From the NCBI GenBank assembly GCA_025786725.1, contig JAHLTZ010000017.1, forward strand, positions 471,327-535,326: a stretch of 64,000 nt of DNA. Direction: 5' to 3'. Positions 1-13,565 of this stretch are shown piece after piece. This DNA comes from Syncephalis fuscata S228 (lineage: Eukaryota; Fungi; Zoopagomycota). Under the pieces are notes generated by a model, which was not told the DNA's origin, ran no database searches, and worked only from the letters and a program-made list of their open reading frames with translations. Each line of letters opens with the position of its first letter. The stretch's first letter is position 1. Both the position numbers and the translations under genes were made by a program.

Positions 1-161
1 AATCAGTGTTTAGTACAAGCGGAGAAACCGATGGATTTTATGCAGCTAGTTACCAATTTTTATAAACAAAAATACTAATCATGAAAATAAAATATTAAAT
101 ATTGATTTGCCACTGAATAATAGCTCTTTTCTTTCTATCTTTTATCGTTAATACATTTCCC

Positions 162-2240
162 ATGTCGTCTATTACGTCCATTCGAGTTGGTAAGTAGTGC
201 CCATTTCAGTAGAGAGGGAATTCAACGAATAGAAAGGGTCTATTACGTGATTATAAACAATATACGTGTGCTATTACTGTTTTTAACACTGTAATCTGGT
301 AGATAAGAGCCAGAAAAAGTTTGCGCCAACTATTGCTCCGCGTGGGCCACGTCGGCCACGTCGCAGCTCTACCGCAGCCTCAACGTCTAACACCAGTACA
401 ACACCAGTCCCGGGTATTACAGAAAAGTTGGATGAAAGCGCGGATGTCTATATATCCAATGACCATAATAGTAACGGTGAAGATACACAAGTGAACCAGC
501 CAGCGATACCCACCTCTAACCATGGTCATACAGATAGTTCAGTGGCTTATAAGCTTGATAATAATGATAATGGCGACGACAATTATGTTAAAGAAGCAAC
601 TCCTGAAAGAACAACCTTTACTCTCGGTGTACCAGTGTCTTCCTTGTCATTACCACCACCGCAAATGACATCGATGTATAGTAAGTATTTAATTACAATA
701 CAAACCAATAATTACTTATTTAACTGTTTGTATATTTAATTATAAAGATCCACCTTCACCACCGCCCACTCAATTATCTTTATCGGAACTGTCTCAATCA
801 CCACGTCGACGTGGTGTATCTATTTCACGTCCAGGACAAGCAATTATACCAGGCCAATCTAGCAACAATAGTAGCAACAATGCAACGCCCATTACAGTAT
901 CTACTCCTACTACAATTAATAGTAATACTAGTGGTGGTAGGCGTCTATCGGCCACAGTACGTCCTAAATACAGTACTAGAGAAAGCAGCCGATTTGGAAC
1001 AGCGATTAATCAGCCGGGTGACCGACGTAGATCGACAACAAGTCCTGCCGAATACATAAGGGATCGATCAGTATCTGCAGTAATTCAACGTGCTGACCAA
1101 GAAAAGCAGCTACTTGTAAATGACCCAACCATTCAAGGACCACTATTAGCCACCAATGATCCAACCCAAGTAGCTAGATGGATTGCCGATGGTCTTATTG
1201 CTCCATGCCGAGCTGTTGATGAACTATTAGCACGAGAAGATATTGATCTTACTCAAATGCCTATGCACTTTTTCTGTAGAGATATTGCTCGTGGAAAGCC
1301 AAGTGATTCAGCTATTGAAGAAATGCAGGAACGCCAAAAACGTAAACGACAACATAAAATGGATGATGCAACCAATGAGGATATGACAGATGCCATGGAA
1401 ATACAACAGCATAAAACTGAAATAGCCAATATTAAACAACATGAAACATCATCATATAGCAAATCAGTAATTGATATGAAGTTAGAATCAAATTCAAAGC
1501 TAGAAAAGCCACCAGTAGCCATGAATATGCTTGAAAGGTAAGTAAAAGCTGTAATAATGTTGAAAAAATGCTAAAAAGTATTAATCAACTTGACACTAGT
1601 CATTCAGGCCCCAAATGAAATTAGTAGATGGTAAAATGGTACTAGATGAAGAATCTTTAGTCGTTCAACATGCCGATCTTCATGGAGGGGCAATTGTTCC
1701 ATTGGAACGAGTTGAAGAATCTCAACATTTACGCTATGTTACATGTGCTACTTATAGTAAACGAAATCCTACTGTAAAATGGAGTGAAGAAAAGACACAG
1801 CTATTCTATGAGGTAAATTAAACGATACCAATAATACACAGCAATGCTAATACTAATATTCATATTAGGGGTTAGCAAAATATGGCACTGATTTTGAAAT
1901 GATTGCCTCTTTATTCCCCGACCGTAATCGACGTCATATAAAGAACAAGTACAAAAGAGAAGACGCAGAACATCCAGAACGTATCAATGACGCGCTACTT
2001 CATCGACGAAGCAAGCCACTTGTTCTATCTCAACCACCAACATTTGATATTACTGGTTTATTAGGACCCACACCTATTTATACAGATACTTCATCCACAA
2101 CGACTACTACAGCGACTACAGTTAATAATACAGGTAGTAACACGCCTATTGAACAACCATCACCACCAGTATCACAAGAGAACGATGAAGAAGATGAAAT
2201 GGAAGAACAAGAACAAGAAGATAATGGAGAAACAGATTAG
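162..2240 (+). CDS. BDP1: TFIIIB B'' subunit (Bdp1), SANT/Myb domain; multi-exon
   Basis: N-term MSSITSIRV|DKSQKKFAP; MKLVDGKMVLDEESL; SANT KWSEEKTQLFYE|GLAKYGTDFEMIASLFPDRNRRHIKNKYKRED. GT-AG introns. One base apparently missing near 1611. Confidence 0.9.
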
Positions 2241-2406
2241 GCAGTGGTAGATGGATGATGGTTAGAACTCAACTAACAAGCTGAGTGTGCGTGTGTGTTG
2301 ATTAGCTTATTGTTTTTTTTAGTAAAAATGTAACTTTTTCTCGTCTCATTTATCTGCTATTTGTGTGTCATATTCTAACGGTTGTACTTTTATAAACTTT
2401 AACCTA

Positions 2407-5400
2407 ATGACTACACAAAAGGTATTATTGTATAGAATGACGGTCATTATAGAGAGTATGAGTCTAATAAATAGTATAGAGAAAACAACCACGCAAAAGT
2501 AGTAATACTGACAAGACTGATGACCATACGAATGAATTGCTACCTAACTCGACTCATAATGACAATTCCTGTGTACTAGTTAAAGACACCACTATATTAG
2601 CTATGGACACTAAAGAAAAGCCGAGTAGTTCAGTATCAACTCGTTCGTCTCATTCAAAAAAGTTACGACCTGTCACTCAGGTATTTATTATGGATATATA
2701 GTATATTTAATAGACTGTATTTTTTAATTATTAATGTTGTAGCGTCGATGGATCATGCCTGACTTTGATGATAATGATGATAACAGAAATAGTCATAGTG
2801 GCCAACATCAAGATGTACCGGAGAATGATAAGAATGAAGAAGAAGAAGAAAATGACAGTACATGGTTCAGTAGTTCATCAAATATACGACGACGTAGAAA
2901 TAAACGGAAATTGAATAGCACATCTATGAATATATCTGCACTACAATCAGCATTTCGACCTCTTGATACTACAATGGCTAGTTCATTGGCTGCAACACCG
3001 ACTACACCATCAGATCTACTATGGGTTGATAAATATGCACCAACTACAGTGGTGAGAGTGATTAAGCTGTTATATAGTATATACTAATAGAGTGAATAGT
3101 CTGAATTGGCTATTCATAAGCGTAAAGTTGCTAGTGTGCGCCAATGGTTAGAAGCAGCTTATGATCCACGATCAAGTAGACAACAAGTAAATAAACGGTT
3201 GATGTTACGATAGAGATGGACTAATCTATTTATTTGTACGTAGAAATTACTTGTGTTAACTGGTCCATGTGGCAGTGGAAAGACAGCAACTGTACGGGCA
3301 TTAGCACATGAAATGAATATTACTATTAATGAGTGGATTACACCCATTATTTCTACTAATCTACGTCATCACAGTCAATTATTAACACAAGGTAACTAAT
3401 TAATTAACTATTGATTACAACTGTTTAATGTTAATAAACATGGATAGATGTCAATAATGATTATACATCATTAACTCAAAGATTTAGTGAATTTATGATG
3501 AGTGCTGATAAATATACACCATTGGCATTACCCAGTTTAGCTAGTGGATCATTACCATTGTCATCTACTCGGACATCAGAGACTACGTCCAATGCAAAGA
3601 CACTATTGCTTATTGAAGATTTACCTAATCTTAGACATGAAACTACATCACAAACATTTGAACAAATTCTACTACGGTTTATAAATGGAAGGATGTGTGG
3701 TAAACCAGCGATTATTATCCTATCCGATGTATCTGATAAACAAGATGCTGACGAAGTTGCTGAACATTACGGAAGAGTACGGACTGCATTGGCTGGTCGG
3801 CCATCTCTACCTATTAGTATTACTAATTCACCTCAATGCCAAGAGATTAGGTAATACTACATACTATATACTGTATTCAATGGTATACTCATAGTCTATG
3901 ACATGCTAGATTTAATCCAATTGCGCCTACTTTTCTCAATAAGGCTCTCTATCGTATAGTGAATCGAGAACGGCCACAGCTGATTGAACAAGCTTCAGCA
4001 TTATCGGCGCTACTGCAATCGATTGTCTCCAATGTGAACGGAGATATACGCGCTGCTATTAATAAACTGCAATTCCAGATTATTAGTGAACCTACGGGCC
4101 GCTTATCATCCTCTACAATCATTACGTCACAACAAGACGAAACGCTCTCTTATTTCCATGCGCTGGGTAAAATTCTGTACAATAAACGTAAGTAGAAAGC
4201 GATAGAAAGCGATAGAATTTCTGTCCCGGGCGAGCATTAATGCAGTATGCATATGCAGGTAAACCACAACATGATTTAAAAAATACTGGTTTGGCCGATG
4301 GTGGCCGTAACAAGTCTAACTACAAGGATGGTGAAAGTATGGTCGAACCAGAGGTAGCGTCATATTGCATATTGCTATAACATCTCTACTGATTACTTTG
4401 TCTATATACGTAGCGAGTGGTTACTGCAGCTGGATTGGACCGCGAACAATTTATGCTATTTCTACATCAGAACTATGCACTGTTTACCGACGATATCGAG
4501 ACATGTAGCGCAGCGATAGCACGGCAAAGTATGGCCGACACCATGCTTGGTCATTGGTCGGTAAGTAAACAATGCCGTTCAACATGAACATTAAGGCCTT
4601 GTAAGTCTACACGCGTTTTTACCACTTACTGATCGCCATGGCATGACATATAGACGCGAGCACAAATGCTGCCCTATGCAACATTGGCATCACTACGTGG
4701 ATATATGTGGGAAACCCGTAACAGAAAGCCGTCGTCTGGTTTTCAACCATTGTACAAACCGGATCTATGGAGCGTGCGACGTGCTCAGCAAAGTTATGCT
4801 ACTAAATTGGCACCCGTCATTGTCGAGTTAAATGCAACGACCCCGACTTTGCGTGCAGGAGGTAAGGCGACATCGATAATGACAACGAGGACGTGTTTAA
4901 CTGTCAGTTCATATCATTTGTTCCAATAGATTCTACGGTTAGTGGTAATTACAATTTGGATGTACTGCCTTATCTACGTCAACGAAAACGAACAATGACA
5001 CGAAATAAACAAACTGGGTTAAGAACCTATGGTGAAGAGACATACTGGGTGCATCCAACTGCAGCGAAAATGCTTAGCGAAGGTGAGTCAGTCAGTAACA
5101 TGACCATGAACGTGATTATTATGCTGTGATGATGGACACTAATATTGCCATTCACTACCCCGCATTATGTAGATGCGCTAGCATTTCTGGCATCATCATC
5201 GATATTTCAAAAAATACGGCCTTCCCCAAGTATGCTATCAAGTACGGAAAATATAGACGTGGATGGAGATGAACCGGCCAAGGCAGATGCAACAATGACG
5301 CCAGCTTGTGATAAAGTAATCTCTAATATTTGTCATCAAGATAGAAGTAGTCATCGTAGTGATCACAATGGTAGTAGCATGGATGTAATAGATCCAGTAG

Positions 5401-5417
5401 AAAACTGGAATTTTTAA
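2407..5417 (+). CDS. RAD24: Checkpoint clamp loader Rad17/Rad24 (AAA+); multi-exon
   Basis: LWVDKYAPTT|SELAIHKRKV, Walker A LTGPCGSGKT, LLIEDLPN, NGDIRAAINKLQF, FHALGKILYNKR. Confidence 0.9.
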
Positions 5418-5673
5418 TAAAACACGTGCGCAACATTTCGTAGTTTCCACAAAAGTCTTCCATCATTCTAAAAAGTGACATGTATGATATCATTTGATTG
5501 AGATACAACACTATTAACAAATGATATTTATGACTATGCCAAACATGATTGGTCAATATCTAAACTTGGCCGATGTTTTCGGGCCGATCAGCAAATAGCG
5601 CTGATTCGTTTATAAAAGCTATTTTATAGATAAAGAAAACAACTTTAGATTCATTATCGACAAAAGATAATAT

Positions 5674-7406
5674 ATGTGCTTTGCTTTATCCATGAACCGT
5701 TTTGCTAGTTTACCTTATGACATTCTGTGCCGTATTGCATTGGCCGCTAGACCAGCGGATGTTATGCAATTGGCAGCTACATCTCGTGAGTTATTTTTTC
5801 GGTTGGCTTGCGACGAAACATTTTGGCGGATTTTACTTCATTACCATTTCCCTTCCAGTCCTCTGGAGGACGAATGGGCGTTGTGGTGCCTATTTGAGCC
5901 AATGAAAGACAGCTCAACCTTGTATTTTAAACACAGCTCAGGCCAATCAGACCAAGTTGGTGTTGATTTAGATGCATTACACACCTTTAGTCGACGCTAT
6001 TGTCTAGATCAGCATTGGCGACACGGGCGCTATCGGGTCGTGGACATCTTGTACGCAGATCCAGCTCAAGAAAGCCGCCGGATTGGATGCAGCACCAGCA
6101 ATGGCAGCAGTCAAACAGTCAGTATCAGGGATGAAGGCGGTAGTCATCGAAGCCATTTAGCAATGATTCAGCAAACGACCGGCTACACATTGCTGTATGA
6201 CTTTGCTCGTCGACAGCTTTTAATGATGACGCATCGTATACCCAAACAACAAGGACCAAATGACGTGACGGTTTCTAGAACCTTTCCTGAAATTATGAAT
6301 TTACCTAAAGGACTTATTCCTTATCCGTATGCTACGGATGCGCGACTAAACGCTTTTTTTATTGCTCTACGCTGTCAGCGCGTTGTCGAAATGACCGTGC
6401 ATCTTGTGCTGTATCAGCGTGCCTCTCTTACTCATTTTTACTCGCGTATATTACCTGTTGATTCAAAACTTTGTGAACTGTGTGACGTTGGCTGTTGACC
6501 CGTGATGGTAGACGCGCCACTAATTGGTCTTTGTATGATTTGATGGTAAACGATGAGCCCAATGTTTGGAATTGGTGTCATACCCAAAGTCATTGTCATC
6601 TCCAGATTTCTCGAACATGGCCACGTAAACTGAACAATAGTCCAAGCGAAAAAGTAGCGCTTGTACCATCAAAAAATGCCACAAACATTTCCACAGAAAT
6701 AATATCTAAGCTAAACCATTTGGCAATTTTTCGCGTTTATCGCGCAAATCCAGAATGCGCCCTTATAAAATGGGAGCTTTTACGGCTACGTGCCGGTCAT
6801 TTAGAGACAAAGCTGCGTAGCGGTGAGTTTCAACCAGAAAATGCTACCGGATTCCGGCGCAAGTTAAAATCCATTTGGCTGGGAAATCAAAATGTGTTGC
6901 TGCAAAGCGGAGCCAGCGGTAGTAAAGTGAACTGGCTAGCCTTGCTATCGCTATCCCAAGCGAGACTAGTATGGGAGTACTCAAACCCAGGTGAACTTGT
7001 GTTAAATTTTGCTGAATACGGATTTTTAGCCCAAGGGATGAATGCACGGCAGGTGCAGTCCGTGCCATTTGAAACGCCACCGGCAGCTTCGACGGCTCGA
7101 GCCACAAGCATTGTCGAGCTACGCCTTATTAGCATTACAAATGGCACGGTACTTCGTCGTTTTTCATGCCATTGGTGCTATCATCCAATTCGTATTATCG
7201 GTACGCTATGCCTAATAGGTACAGTCAATCCCGATGGCCAGCATAATAGTAACTGTGTCGTTGACTTGGCCAGTGGCCGAATTCTTTGTGTTCTCGACGT
7301 GCCTCGAAATAGTATAGGGGCCATTAAAACGACCGTAGTTACTGGCTGTGTAGGATTTAACGATTCTGGCTGCATGCGGCTATTTTCGTTTGATTACCAA
7401 GATTAA
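5674..7406 (+). CDS. F-box protein with beta-rich C-terminus; intronless, split by a 1-nt frameshift near 6484
   Basis: F-box FASLPYDILCRIAL...LAATSRELFFRLACDETFWR. The two overlapping ORFs join as LCELCGRWLLTRDG if one G is restored. Confidence 0.65.
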
Positions 7407-8060
7407 TACTGGCCATTGTGGTAGTTGGTCAACCTATAGCATCATTGTTAGCTTAAGTGTAAGTAACTTTAGTGAAATTGACATTATTTACTTTTAGTGA
7501 ACCATAAATATCAATAATGAATATTATTATTATTATTAAGTAATATATAATGATTATAACATTAAGGCCGTTATGCGCAATATGAATCGACCATAGCAAC
7601 ATTGATATACAACCTATTTAATAGAAAATGAATAATCAAATAGTATATTTAATTATTACTTTAAGCAAGCATATTAGCATCAATCAATTAGAAACAACAA
7701 TTTTATATACAATATAGATCAGCAATTATAAATAAGCAATAATATCGATACATTAGCAACATATAATTATTAAGCAATGGAAATTCAACAACATTGTATA
7801 CATAGCAAAATTTAAATAATTTATTACTACCAATTAGACATTACAATTATAGCACTAGCTACATATCTTATCAATAGCGACTTTAAAAATTTAGATACGA
7901 TATGAACAAATCACATCAAATATTCAAACGATCAAATTACAATTGTACTACTTGGCTCATAACAAAATCAATAGAAATATAAATTAAATTCTACTGAGTC
8001 CTAATGAAAATTCCATCCTAGTTGGAGTTGCGTGGTTATACACATTACAATTATAATATT

Positions 8061-8188
8061 TCATAATAAAAACGATATTAATAAATTGATTTAAATAAAA
8101 GAATGTAGCATACTATTTGATTTCATTGAAACATTTGAGGTTGATCATTGTTGTTGTTGGCCATGTATAGAAAGATTGATCGAATATT
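8061..8188 (+). repeat. Fragment of repeat family B
   Basis: catactatttgatt.cattgaaa..tttgagg.tgatcattgttgttgttggccatgt.tagaaag matches ~60225-60310 and the reverse complement of ~41290-41400. Confidence 0.75.
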
Positions 8189-8425
8189 GACATATTACAA
8201 TGCGTTACATTTACTACCATTACAACTATACTAGCTACTTTAGCAATGATGTTGGTAATTATTTAGTTAATTGTTTTATTTGATTGTGTCCATGTTGTTG
8301 CACCAATGTATACATGCTATGTACCATTTCATTTTTAACTTTTAATTTTAATTCTTGTTAAATAAAGTATATCATTATATAAAATATTGTGTGTCATTTA
8401 ACATTATATACAATTTAATTAAATT

Positions 8426-8593
8426 TATTAACCATTTATTGTTTATTTGGTGGTCAAATGACCATTTTAATAACATCCATTCTATTGAACATGATGATGG
8501 GCGGCGAGTGACGTCAATCATCAAAATACTCATCATTGTAAATTTAGTATCAAGCTTAGTCATTCAACATCAGATTAAACTAAATGACTAATA
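8426..8593. mobile_element. Internally deleted (~170 bp) MITE family A element
   Basis: Left end resembles the TIRs at 32046 and 45926. Right end tagtcattcaacatc...ctaata is the near reverse complement of 45926-45962. Confidence 0.6.
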
Positions 8594-9162
8594 AATTGTT
8601 TAATGTACAAAAATAGTTGCCATTATTTAATTAATAAATAATGTAATATATACAATCCATAATCGAGTAAAATTGTACATATAAAGACTATGAACAAATT
8701 GAAATACAATTGGAAGAGTTGTTCAAATGATAAAGTAAAACAAAGAATAAAAATTAATCGTATAAAACCAAGTATGTTTATAGAACAATGCCATCAGTAA
8801 AGTAATGGCAGCATTAACAAAAAAGTATTCTGTTTATTTATATAACTAGTACTGCATAATATTTTTGCTAACATACATAAAATGCGACATACTGTGCATT
8901 CAGAAAGATAATATAATGTCCTACTAGTTATATAGATAAACAGAATATATCTATTTTAACAAGTATGGATTTATTACAATTGTGTGCACACGCTATTTGA
9001 AATCCACTAAAGCAAATAGACATGTACAACAAAAACGCAAACAATCAATATCTGTATATGAATGACAGATCTACAAGTCATTGAAATCAAAAGTGCCAAC
9101 AATGTACACATTAATATCATTGTATTACTAAGTGTTACAGCTCTTCTTTCTGCCTTTTCAGT

Positions 9163-9895
9163 ATGTCAATGGCCAGCCGTTTTTTACGGTATGGCCGGCA
9201 AGCCGCTTTTGCACTGCAGTTTGGCTGCTTTGCTCATTTCGTCAATGAGTATGTAGCCGGCATTAGTAACGTAACTATACCTATTTTTACATAGATTCAA
9301 CCAACTAACTGAATTCAAGTGCTCTGGCCCGTCTATGCTACCCACGCTAAACAATGACGGCGACGTTATTGCTATTGAAAAAGTAACAACGCGTATTATG
9401 CAGTCGAACGAATCTAGTTCGGTAGCGCCAAAGGGAATTGGTCTTGGTGACATTGTCATTAGTGTATCGCCACTCGATCCACATAAACACGTTTGCAAAC
9501 GAGTACTCGGTCTAGTAAGTTACCCATTTATTATTCAATAATTGCATGTAACGCTGAAAGCTGAACTAGCCTGGCGATAGCGTGTGCATCGATCCAACCA
9601 AAGACCCAACACGTTTTGTTACCGTAAGTAACACGCCATTACTCTTCCTATCATCATATTCATTGATGATAGGTACCACGCGGCCATGTATGGCTACAAG
9701 GCGACAATATGGAAATTCAACCGACTCTAGACAATATGGACCAGTACCATTGGCCATGTTGCGTGGACGGGTCATTGCACGGGTAAGTATACTGCATTTA
9801 TCATGGCTATTATCATTTAATAGGCGTATTACAACTAGGTATGGCCCGATCCATGCTGGATCACTAATGGACTACAAGTCATTAATAACAACTAG
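9163..9895 (+). CDS. IMP1: Mitochondrial inner membrane peptidase subunit 1 (S26); multi-exon
   Basis: CSGPSMLPTLN (catalytic Ser), [26 protein letters not shown] (catalytic Lys), VPRGHVWLQGDN..NSTDSRQYGPVP. One base missing near 9711. Confidence 0.9.
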
Positions 9896-9944
9896 ACACT
9901 TTGTATTTAATTTAATAAAATCAAGGTTTATTTAAATCGCATAG

Positions 9945-10967
9945 CTAATCCTTCAAAGTCATGTCTTCAAGCACATTACCGTTATCTGATTCGGGCTCAT
10001 CCTCTGTTTCAGGGATCATTTCATTAGCCTCGGACTGTGACTTAACGCTTAGTGCATTCATTAGAATGGTGCCAGCATTCGAGACGCCCAATGATGTCAT
10101 TTGATTATGCATAGGTATTTGCACGCCAATAGCATTGGGCAGCATATGGAATGGCATGTACAAATTGCTAGAAGCAACAAATAACGCAAACTTCTCTGGC
10201 AACTCTCCTAATGGACGATCAGCCGGCCAATTGTACCACCAAAATCCATTATGCATTTGTCCTTTTCGTTGTTCTTTGTTGGCAACTGACTTCCTTAGCT
10301 TATTAGGTGGCAAAGCAATGATCGGTGTAAGGCCGTGTTGTTTTGTGTATTCAATAAATTCGTAAACATTGCCTTCTTTGTAGGGACAGTCAAACACAGC
10401 ATCGTGTGATACACGTTGAGCAGTGTCGTTGTAAATATCGCAATTACGTCGCATTAAATAGGCACCGTCCCAATTGAAGGCTTGAACTGCCCGAATAAGC
10501 AATGCAAACTGCTCTTCATCGTTTACGCCCTGTAATGCCAGTATACGTTTTGGATTGTCGCCTATTTTCGTTATTGGCAAATCAACTTCTGCCCATAGCT
10601 CGTGTGGGTCTGGACGAGCTTTACTGCCAAACATACGGCGAACAACATCGACATTGACGGCAATATATTTGTCGGCTTCATAATGATCCCATGGTGCTTC
10701 TAATAACTCGCTACTAGGTGCAAATGTCGGTTTACGGACACGAGGGTCAACCGTTAGACCAAGTGTACGTATTTTAACACCTTTATCGACAAGTTTATCT
10801 ATTGTTTTCTTTGTCATTACTACAACGCGGCCCTCTTGGCGCCGTAGTAGCTTTTTCTCGCGCAATGAAACCAATTTACTAATGAATTGATCTTGTGGCG
10901 ACCGAATAAATCGTAAGCCTTTTGGAAATGTCCGAAGGACTTCATCTTTCATCCAAATAAGCACCAT
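9945..10967 (-). CDS. SPOUT/TrmH-family RNA methyltransferase-like protein with degenerate motifs; intronless
   Basis: IRSPQDQFISKLVSLREKK N-domain; RILALQGVND...LLIRAVQAFNWD; IPMHNQMTSLGVSNAGTILM. Confidence 0.7.
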   Translation of the reverse strand: MVLIWMKDEVLRTFPKGLRFIRSPQDQFISKLVSLREKKLLRRQEGRVVVMTKKTIDKLVDKGVKIRTLGLTVDPRVRKPTFAPSSELLEAPWDHYEADKYIAVNVDVVRRMFGSKARPDPHELWAEVDLPITKIGDNPKRILALQGVNDEEQFALLIRAVQAFNWDGAYLMRRNCDIYNDTAQRVSHDAVFDCPYKEGNVYEFIEYTKQHGLTPIIALPPNKLRKSVANKEQRKGQMHNGFWWYNWPADRPLGELPEKFALFVASSNLYMPFHMLPNAIGVQIPMHNQMTSLGVSNAGTILMNALSVKSQSEANEMIPETEDEPESDNGNVLEDMTLKD

Positions 10968-11200
10968 ATTGACAGATTCACGAGTAGCCTCACCAATATA
11001 AATAGCGAGAGGTCACTTGTTTCTTTTCGTTAAGTGATTCAAATGAAAAGTGTTGTTGTAAATGTATAAGCTGCTTAAAAATAAAAAATAAAAAAATAAA
11101 TTCATGTTTAATAACAACGATTCATAAAGTTAATTATTTCTAAGAGTACAACATTTGCATTATCTTTCTATTTTATTGCTGTTACTCGTTTATTTTCACC

Positions 11201-12049
11201 ATGACGACCGCACATCGTCCAACATTCGATCCGGCTCGTGGTAAAGATAATAAAGCACCAACGCTAAGCGTGAGTTCTCATGCACTTCCATCGCATACCA
11301 AGTTGAAGTACCGGTAAGCAAAACTAGTATGAGAGAGGCGATTAGTTTATACAGATGAATGTAGCGAAGGTGCTGGCCCTATCAATGAAAAGGCTGCCTT
11401 AAGAGAAGAATTGCTACGTGCTGAACGCAAGCACTATGGCAAGGCCCTTGATGATGAAGGCATTGAAGAAGAGATCTCGATTAAATATATCCAAGATGCC
11501 CAAGCAATTGCAAGTAGTGGCATTACTACACTTGATGATGAACAGCGACAACAAATGCTCGAAAAGGCACGCCAATTAGATGCCGATGAAGACGACGATA
11601 GTGATGGTCACGATAAGCATAGTGACAAGGATAGTCAGAGTAGTGATGAATCTAGCGATGATGATGAAGAGGATGACGACGACGATGACGATGCCGAGGA
11701 ATTACTTCGAGAGCTGGAGAAGATAAAACGAGAACGGGCTGAAGAAAAGGCACGTCAAGAGGCTGAAGCAGCCGAGGAAGAAGAAAGAGAACGAGGAGAG
11801 CAGGTATTAACAGGCAATCCATTATTAAATGTTGGAGCGCGCGACTTTACTGTAAAGCGTCGGTAAGTAACACTGTTAAGCCATTTAGTTAACACTATTA
11901 ACACACTATTCATTAATACTAGATGGGATGATGACGTGGTATTTAAAAATCAAGCAAAAGGTGTCGATGATAAGCCAAAGAGACGATTTGTTAATGATTT
12001 AATTCGATCTGATTTCCATCGTAAATTTATGGATAAATACGTCAAATAA
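11201..12049 (+). CDS. CWC15: Pre-mRNA splicing factor Cwc15; 3 exons
   Basis: [53 protein letters not shown]|[33 protein letters not shown]. Confidence 0.95.
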
Positions 12050-12196
12050 TGCGTTCTCTTTACTTTATCTTTTCGTTCAATACAATAGCATTCATTTATC
12101 AACTATATGAATATTTCTAGGCGACTAGAACCATATGTGTAAATAGTGCTCAATGACACTGATAATAGTGCGAGTGGCTATAATAATAGTAGAATG

Positions 12197-13232
12197 TTAG
12201 TTACGAAGTGCCTCCAAACGTGCTTGCATCGCTTCAAATTCCGGTTCATCCTCTTCAACAGCTTCAATAGGTACTGTAGCCACTGATTCAGATGACATCT
12301 AAATAAATAATATATGTTATTATTATTATAATAATACAATATATAGTATATGATAATTACCTCAATGGTTGCTGGTACAGTACTTGCTTCGCCCAGTTTG
12401 CCTAATATTAATAGCAGGTCATTAATATTAGCTATATTGAAAGCACGTATTCTAATAGCTTACCATCTGTAACTTCAAACAAAATCTTTTCAACTTCTTC
12501 GTCAGCCTCATCTTCCAACTCTTCATCGTCTATCATATCCATAGTATCCTCCATCATCTCACCAATAACTCCCGCCTATATAGAATAGCAATATTTATTA
12601 CATCTATTAATATAATAGCACAAATAAAATTTACCTTCATCATTTCCATTGACATAGTTTGCATTTGGGCCGATAGTTCTGGCACACGTACAAGTCGATT
12701 GACGGCTTTCATTACTTCAGTACTTTGCTTAAGCGTACCAGACATTTTAAGCATGGCTATTGAGATTATTAAATATTAGTCATACATATACACACACATA
12801 TATATATTCTATATACCATACTTACCCAATTGATGCTGTAATTGCATGTTGATCGAGTTTAAATGTGCCTTATTTGTGTGTAAACGTGTTTTCTGTCGTT
12901 GTGAACGAACGAGTTCTTTGGCAAGCATTCGACAACTGGCCGTATCTTTTCTACCGGCTGCTTGTTTTATTGTACGTTTGACTTTAAGCTCTTCTGCCTC
13001 GATACTGCGTATTTGTCGCTCAAGTTGACGTTCCTGTGCACGAATACCCTGGCGCCACTCTCTTACCTACATACTATCTCGTTAGTGGTCTAATCGGTAA
13101 CTGTACTGTTGGCCAATATTAATTCATACTCATCTAATAGGAGCAGTATTATAATCTAACGTATTTTCTATTGTTTACATACCAACTCATCGGTTTTTTA
13201 GTTCGGAAAATAAAGCGCGATACTGTCTCCAT
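12197..13232 (-). CDS. VPS24: ESCRT-III subunit Vps24/CHMP3; multi-exon
   Basis: VREWRQGIRAQERQLERQI, LAKELVRSQRQKTRLHTNKAHLNSINMQL, SGTLKQSTEVMKAVNRLVRVPEL, EEVEKILFEVT, MQARLEALRN*. One base missing near 13192. Confidence 0.92.
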
Positions 13233-13565
13233 AGTGTAATTACTGAATTGCCAGAATAGCGATGAAAGAATAAAGGAATCACGGACAAGTTAAATATATC
13301 ACAAGATTAATTGTCACGCTGTTATTTACTTGTAATTGTTGTTATGGCTATTGTTATGGCAATGACTAACATTGTGCACACAGCGTAAACAACACACCCA
13401 TAACATCTACCCTTTATACTATTGATGGTTGACAGTTTAAAGTATTCAATTCAGTCTAAGTGCCATCAACTAATATATGCACACATATACATATGAATAG
13501 TTAAAGGGTATAGATACGTATATAATATTTTAATATAAACGCAATAATATAGAATGCAACAGTAT

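Noticed and set aside
1605-1617. CCC AAA TGA in BDP1 as a Euplotes-like programmed frameshift site
   Set aside because: The other frameshifted genes share no such motif; a missing base in a homopolymer is simpler.
8355-8591. Similar short ORFs at 8355-8591 and 46233-46448 (SIEHDDG.RVTS) as a peptide family
   Set aside because: They are translations of the MITE family A TIR.
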